Positions 59,074-64,000 of a stretch of 64,000 bases of DNA are shown here, piece after piece. Numbering within the stretch: position 1 is the stretch's first letter; each line of letters starts with the position of its first letter. Below the pieces are notes generated by a model. The model was not told where the DNA came from. It searched no databases and worked only from the letters and a program-made list of their open reading frames with translations. The DNA is taken from the NCBI GenBank assembly GCA_963798085.1, contig CAWCRS010000009.1, forward strand, positions 96,001-160,000. Reading direction: 5' to 3'. The position numbers were made by a program, and so were the translations under genes. This DNA is from an uncultured Gemmatimonadales bacterium (GTDB lineage: Bacteria > Gemmatimonadota > Gemmatimonadetes > Longimicrobiales > RSA9).

Positions 59074-59246
59074 ATTCCACCTCGACGGCCACCGCACACG
59101 GTCGCGCGCGTGTGAGCGCGACCTTCAACTCGCGTACACCTTGCCGACGCGCTGCGTTCGGCGCGCATACGCACCGCACGGAACAACGGGCAAGGAGCGG
59201 ACCAGCACCCCTGGACCGACTCCCACGTTCCCGTGGCAGAGCTCCA

Positions 59247-59543
59247 CTAGTGATGCGCTGCCCTCATGATGCGCACGCCAACGATGCGGAACGCGATCTT
59301 CGCGAGCAGCGGCAGCAGCAGGACGGTCAGCGCGCAGGCGAAGATGACCGCGCCAATGGGCGGCACTACGGAGTTGAGTCCCAGGCGCAGGAGGTACCAG
59401 ACCACGAGGTACAGCACCAGCGTACCCGCCAGGCCGAGCAGATGACGCCCGCCGCCACCACCTTCGATCTGGATCGGGAACCCACCCAGGTACAGTGCGG
59501 CCACGCTCCAGAACAGCGCGAGCGGTGCGAGCCAGGCGACCAC
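59247..59543 (-). CDS. Small three-TM membrane protein
   Basis: GTG start after GGAGG; appears fused to hemL in the ORF track only because of the hemL frameshift. Confidence 0.7.
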   Translation of the reverse strand: MVAWLAPLALFWSVAALYLGGFPIQIEGGGGGRHLLGLAGTLVLYLVVWYLLRLGLNSVVPPIGAVIFACALTVLLLPLLAKIAFRIVGVRIMRAAHH

Positions 59544-59664
59544 GTTGACCTCCGTCAATGCGTCGGGTTGCGTTTGGTGTCGGGAAACGGCCCGCCGGAC
59601 ATGCCGCGGGCCGCGCGGCGAGGATCGTACGCGCTCGGCGCGCGCGTGACAAGCGGCGTGCGGG

Positions 59665-60950
59665 CTAGCGGGCCCGCACCATGGCTTCGCGGGCCGCAAT
59701 GCGGAACCGCTCCAGCTCGGCATCGCCGTGCGCAACCGACACGAACGCCGACTCGAAGGGCGATGGTGCCAGGTAATGCCGCCCTCGAGCATGGCGCGGA
59801 AGAAGCGCGTGAAGCGCTCCCGGTCGCATGCGGCCGCGCCCTCCCAGTCCAGCACCGGCTGCGACGAAAAGAAGAAGCCGAACATGGAGCCGATCGCGGA
59901 TACCACGATCGGCACACCGGCGTCGTTGGCCGCGGCCTCGAGCGCCTGCGCGGTGTTGCGCGCCGTGTCCTCGAGCGTGGGCCAGACGCCGGCCTTGTCC
60001 AGCGCCTCGAGCGTGGCCAGTCCCGCGTGCATCGTGACCGGATTGCCGGAGAGCGTGCCTGCCTGGTAGACGGGGCCGGCGGGTGCGACGCGCTCCATGA
60101 TCTCGCGACGCCCGCCGAACGCACCCACCGGCAGGCCGCCGCCGATCACCTTGCCCAGCGTGGTGAGGTCCGGGGTCACGCCATACCGCGCCTGGGCGCC
60201 GCCCGGCGCGACGCGGAAGCCGGTCATCACCTCATCGAAAACCAGCAGTGCGCCATGCTCGGTGGTAATGCGACGCAGCTCCTGCAGGAACGTGGGCCGG
60301 GGCAGCACCAGACCCATGTTGCCCGCGACCGGCTCGACCAGCACGGCCGCGATCTGACCGGGATTCGCCTCGCACAACGCACGCACGGAGTCCGCATTGT
60401 TGTAGCGCGCCACGAGCGTGTCCGCGACCGTGGCCGCGGGTACACCCGGCGAGTCCGGCAGTCCCAGCGTCGCCACGCCCGAACCTGCCTGCACCAGCAG
60501 CATGTCCGCGTGCCCGTGATAACAGCCTGCAAACTTGATGAGCTTCGTGCGACCGGTGAACGCGCGCGCCACGCGGATCGTGCTCATGACCGCCTCGGTG
60601 CCCGAGCTGACGAAGCGCATGCGCTCGAGACTGGGCATACGCGACTGGATCTTCTCGGCGAGTTCGATCTCCGCTGTGGTGGGCGCGCCGAAGCTGGTGC
60701 CGCGTCTGGCTGCGTCGGCAATCGCGCGCAGGACGGCAATGTGCGCGTGACCCAGAACGAGCGGGCCCCAGGACAGGACGTAGTCGACGAAGCGGTTCCC
60801 GTCCGCGTCGATCACATACGCGCCTTCGCCCCGCTGAATGAACAGCGGGTCGCCACCGACCGAACGGAACGCGCGAACCGGCGAGTTGACGCCGCCCGGA
60901 AACAGCGCGAGCGCCTTCTGGAAGAGGCGGGCAGAGGTCTCGGTCTTCAT
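59665..60950 (-). CDS. hemL: Glutamate-1-semialdehyde 2,1-aminomutase; frameshift near 59770
   Basis: PGGVNSPVRAF, SSGTEA, FDEVMTGFR, LGKVIGGGLPVG, YQAGTLSGNP; C-terminus LAPSPFESAF in a second frame. Confidence 0.95.
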
Positions 60951-61498
60951 GGGGGGAACTTAGCACCCGGACCGTCTTGGCGTTGTTGGGTTGCGGGCTG
61001 TTCCGACATGGGTGGGTCCCACCCTGCAGGTCGAACGGGCCTGGCGCCACGCCGAGCTGGGGCGTGGGGCTATTCCAGCGACTCCGCGTTGCATGGCCGG
61101 GCGCGAGGCCCGGCTCGTCCGATAGCAGGAGCGGCCGCAACCCACGAACGCCAAGACGGTCCGAAAACCGGCGTTCTGGCTCGTCTGCCCATTCCCCACC
61201 CGTTTCGCGCCATACCGCCATTCCGTTGGCGCACGTGCGCATGAAAACGGTTCCACAGCGCCACCCGGGCCCCGATTCCAGCATAGCTGCACCGGCCCTG
61301 AGGAAAGAACCGCGATCCGGCGCGGCCGCAGGCCCAACGCGGAGGCGTGGAGTAGGGCAGACCCGGACGCCGGGTGATCCGGTGAGGTGGAAGGATCAGG
61401 AACATCCCCACTGGCTGCGGAGCCATGCGCATCGAAAGCTCAGGGAGGGATACCGGAGGGGCATCAGGCGCCGCTTGTCACGGCAACGGGAGGTCCGC

Positions 61499-61990
61499 AT
61501 GCGAGGGCTGGCGATTGTGGTTCTGCTGCTGAGCGTGGGCGCGTGCGGCGAAAGCCGGGCCGCGCGCGCGGAGCGCGAGAAGGCCGAGCGCACGGCCGCG
61601 GCGCAGGACACTGTGCGCATGGCCCAGGCTGCGTACGACCCCGCCTTCTTCGATACCATCGTATGGTCGAGGCCGGTGCTCGCGCTGCAGCGCGGGGAGG
61701 TCGTTTGGCAGGTGAGCTGCATGAAGTGCCACGGCAAGGGAGGCAAGGGCGACGCAGGCCTCGTGCTGCACGGAGACACGCTGCGTCCGCCTTCGTTCCT
61801 GGCGCCCGACTGGCGCTTCGCCACCGACCTCGAGGGTCTGCGGAAGTACATCTACGTGGGCAACGACAAGGGCATGCCGCACTGGGGCCTGACGGCTCTC
61901 CAGCTGCACGACATCGACGCCGTCGCCCGGTACATCCAGCAGACGCTGCGCGAGCATGTGGTCAGCGCGAAGGGCGCAGCCGCGAAGTAG
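61499..61990 (+). CDS. Monoheme c-type cytochrome lipoprotein
   Basis: VGAC lipobox, CMKCH, GMPHWG; GGAGG RBS. Confidence 0.88.
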   Translation: MRGLAIVVLLLSVGACGESRAARAEREKAERTAAAQDTVRMAQAAYDPAFFDTIVWSRPVLALQRGEVVWQVSCMKCHGKGGKGDAGLVLHGDTLRPPSFLAPDWRFATDLEGLRKYIYVGNDKGMPHWGLTALQLHDIDAVARYIQQTLREHVVSAKGAAAK

Positions 61991-62173
61991 ACTCACGCGA
62001 GCACCGCGCCCGCAGGCGCGCGGGCGCACCACGCCGGCAGACTCGCCTGAGCACCGCGCCCCCAGAGCTGCCATCAGGCAGGCATTCAGACGTCACGAGT
62101 GCGACGCCTCGCCTGAGGGTCCGGACACCGGATTCGCCGCCGATCGCGTCGACGCGAGACAGGTCCGCAATGG

Positions 62174-62645
62174 TCAGGTGTTGCCGTACAGCTCGCCGGC
62201 GCGCCGTTGCATCTCCTCAGGCGCGACATCCTCCACGTGCGTGGCAATCCACCAGTAGTGACCGAACGGATCCTCGAACTTGCCGCCGCGATCACCGTAG
62301 AACTGGTTCTCGACAGGCCGCAGCACCTTCGCGCCTGCCGCAACGGCGCGCTCCGCCACAGCGTCCACGTCATCCACGTAGATGTGCATGACGACGGGCG
62401 AGCCGCCGATGCTGCGCGGACTCAGCACGCCCATCTCCGGATACTCGATCGGAAAGCATGATGCCGGCATTGCCGATGGACAGCTCCGCGTGCCCGATGC
62501 GGCCGCCCGGCTCCGCCAGCCGGATCACTTCCGTGGCGCCGAACGCGCGCACGTAGAAGTCGACGGCGGCGGCGCCGTCGTTCACCGTGATGTAGGGCAC
62601 GAGCTGCGGGCGGTCCGTGGGAATGGGCTTCACCGGCGGCGTCAT
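62174..62645 (-). CDS. VOC/PhnB-like glyoxalase protein; frameshift near 62455
   Basis: PYITVNDGAAAVDFYVRAFGA, HAELSIG, QFYGDR, DPFGHYW. Confidence 0.9.
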
Positions 62646-62880
62646 TGCGGGCACCTCCGTCAGGGTTGCTGTTGCGTTGCGTCGAGTACACCGGCCGATG
62701 GAGATCGTGCGTCAGCGGGAGGCGGTCCTGCGCGCTGGCGTGAACGTTCCCCTCACAGGCCACCGGTTCGAGTCCCGGCGAGACGGCGGCCTGGTTCGGC
62801 CGATCCACCAGACCGGAAACTCCAGAGCCTGACGCTGAAAGTTGCATCTTCACGGTCGCAGCTGCGCAGTCGCGTTCAGT

Positions 62881-63039
62881 CGAGGGCAACCGCCGGATCC
62901 GCAGCACACTCCGGGCAGCGCGAGGGCAATCGCCTGAACCGCAGGACACCCTGGCAGCGCGAGGGCAATCGCCGGATCCGCAGGACACTCCGGGCAGCGC
63001 GAGGGCAACCGCCCGATCCGCGGGACACCGCAGCGCGAG
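62881..63039. repeat. Intergenic tandem repeat, about four copies of 39-40 bp
   Basis: Units start at 62881, 62921, 62960 and 63000; consensus CGAGGGCAAYCGCCGGATCCGCAGGACACTCCGGGCAGCG. Confidence 0.9.
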
Positions 63040-63064
63040 CGCAGTCGCAACTCCAGACGACGCG

Positions 63065-63458
63065 TCAGCGAAGCAGCGCAATGCCGCCGGAGTGACGGAA
63101 CAAACTCAGTGTCAGGATGAGCCCTGCGAGCCGCCGTCACCGCGCGCACACACACACGGCGTACAGCACGAACGGCGACCAGCGCCTGTGCACCAGCAGC
63201 GCGATGCTTCCTGCCGCACCGGCGATGGGCGACACCAGCGTGAGGAAGAGGAAGGCCACGGATTCGAAGCGGTTCGAGGGCCGCCCGGCAAAGGTGATGC
63301 ACAGCAAGCAGCCGGCAGCGACGACACTCAGCCAGAAGGGCGCGCGCCCCCCGCCGAAGCGGCGCCGCACCCATAGCGCCAGAGCGGGGGAAGACAAATA
63401 CGAGAGCAAACGGATGGACGGGCGCAAACGGGATCCGTACCCAGGTGATCATGTCCAC
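63065..63458 (-). CDS. Small hypothetical membrane protein; frameshifted
   Basis: Hydrophobic segments spread over two or three frames; ends approximate. Confidence 0.45.
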
Positions 63459-64000
63459 TCAGAATGTCAGACGGGCGAGCGGTCCCGCGAACACCTGACA
63501 CAACAACGCACCCACCAGCGCCATCGACACACCCCAGATCAGCAGCCGGCGGAACAGCTGCGTGGCAGCGGGCCCATCGGGCACGGCGGCGAGGCACAGC
63601 GCGCCCAGTGTGCTGAGCGGCGACACGTCCACGAGCGCGGAGCCAACGTTGATGCTGAGCGCGACCGCCAGCGGGTCGCCGCCGCCCAGCTTCTGCACGA
63701 GGCCCGGCACCGTGGGCAGGAACGCGGGCAGCACCACGCCCGATGTACTGCTGTACGTCGAGATGGCGCCCGTGACGAATGCGATCACGCCGTTCACGGT
63801 GGCAGGCGACGCGAGACGGGAGAGGATGCCGGTGAAGAGGTCCATCCCCTTCGTCGCCTCCAGCAGTGCGATGAGCACGGTGACGCCGCTCACCATGATG
63901 ATCACGCCCCAGGGCACGCGGCGCATCGCGGTGCCATCCACCGCGGCGCGCGCGCCGATCAGCAGCGCCACCGCAGCGAAGGCGCTGAGTCCCACATTGA
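63459..64000 (-). CDS. SLC13/DcuC-like (IT superfamily) permease, C-terminal part
   Basis: VPWGVIIMVSGV, YSSTSGVVLPAFLP, VDVSPLSTLGA; runs off the window end. Confidence 0.8.
   Translation of the reverse strand, partial: NVGLSAFAAVALLIGARAAVDGTAMRRVPWGVIIMVSGVTVLIALLEATKGMDLFTGILSRLASPATVNGVIAFVTGAISTYSSTSGVVLPAFLPTVPGLVQKLGGGDPLAVALSINVGSALVDVSPLSTLGALCLAAVPDGPAATQLFRRLLIWGVSMALVGALLCQVFAGPLARLTF

Noticed and set aside
59247..60950. 567-aa HemL-membrane protein fusion in the ORF track
   Set aside because: The true HemL C-terminus is in another frame ending at 59665, and the membrane gene has its own RBS.
58386..61244. 952-aa plus-strand ORF and similar long antisense ORFs (6697-8217, 16640-18436, 27379-28929)
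   Set aside because: Shadows of real genes in high-GC DNA, with no recognisable motifs.
62760..62780. tRNA-like GGTTCGAGTCC motif
   Set aside because: No proper 5-bp T-stem, D-arm or acceptor stem could be built.
62881..63039. Possible CRISPR array
   Set aside because: Units are contiguous with no unique spacers, and no cas genes are present.

Overview
High-GC (roughly 70% by eye) bacterial DNA. Gene content (a RIERELGGGGM-type Ser/Thr kinase, a PadR plus ADOP permease pair, an FDPERGRLWVVC zinc-ribbon protein, S9 peptidases, TonB receptors) suggests Gemmatimonadota; this is inference only. The first 38 kb holds mixed accessory genes: a TipA-like MerR regulator with a clear operator, a TonB receptor/ECF sigma/anti-sigma module with twin divergent promoter boxes, a stand-alone ClpX zinc-finger microprotein, gene remnants, and a DUF2946-like CxxC/RAPP-type leader before a second TonB receptor. 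The main feature is a ~22 kb minus-strand block (38.6-61 kb) running hemL, small membrane proteins, ferredoxin, Mrp-like NTPase, zinc-ribbon/PCP_red protein, ABC transporter, USP/PCP_red protein, radical SAM-SPASM/PCP_red enzyme, a Nitrospira-type cytochrome bd-like oxidase subunit I with no CydB, three c-type cytochromes (one with an EbdC/DOMON-like domain), a cupredoxin-like lipoprotein, a complete A1-type heme-copper oxidase (II, I, III, IV), membrane proteins and HmuY. It looks like an uncharacterised dual terminal-oxidase module carrying its own cofactor-maturation genes. Many genes have single-base frameshifts, most likely long-read errors; their coordinates and translations were stitched by eye and are approximate. 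Families were recognised from motifs without database searches. No rRNA, tRNA, CRISPR array or transposase was found.
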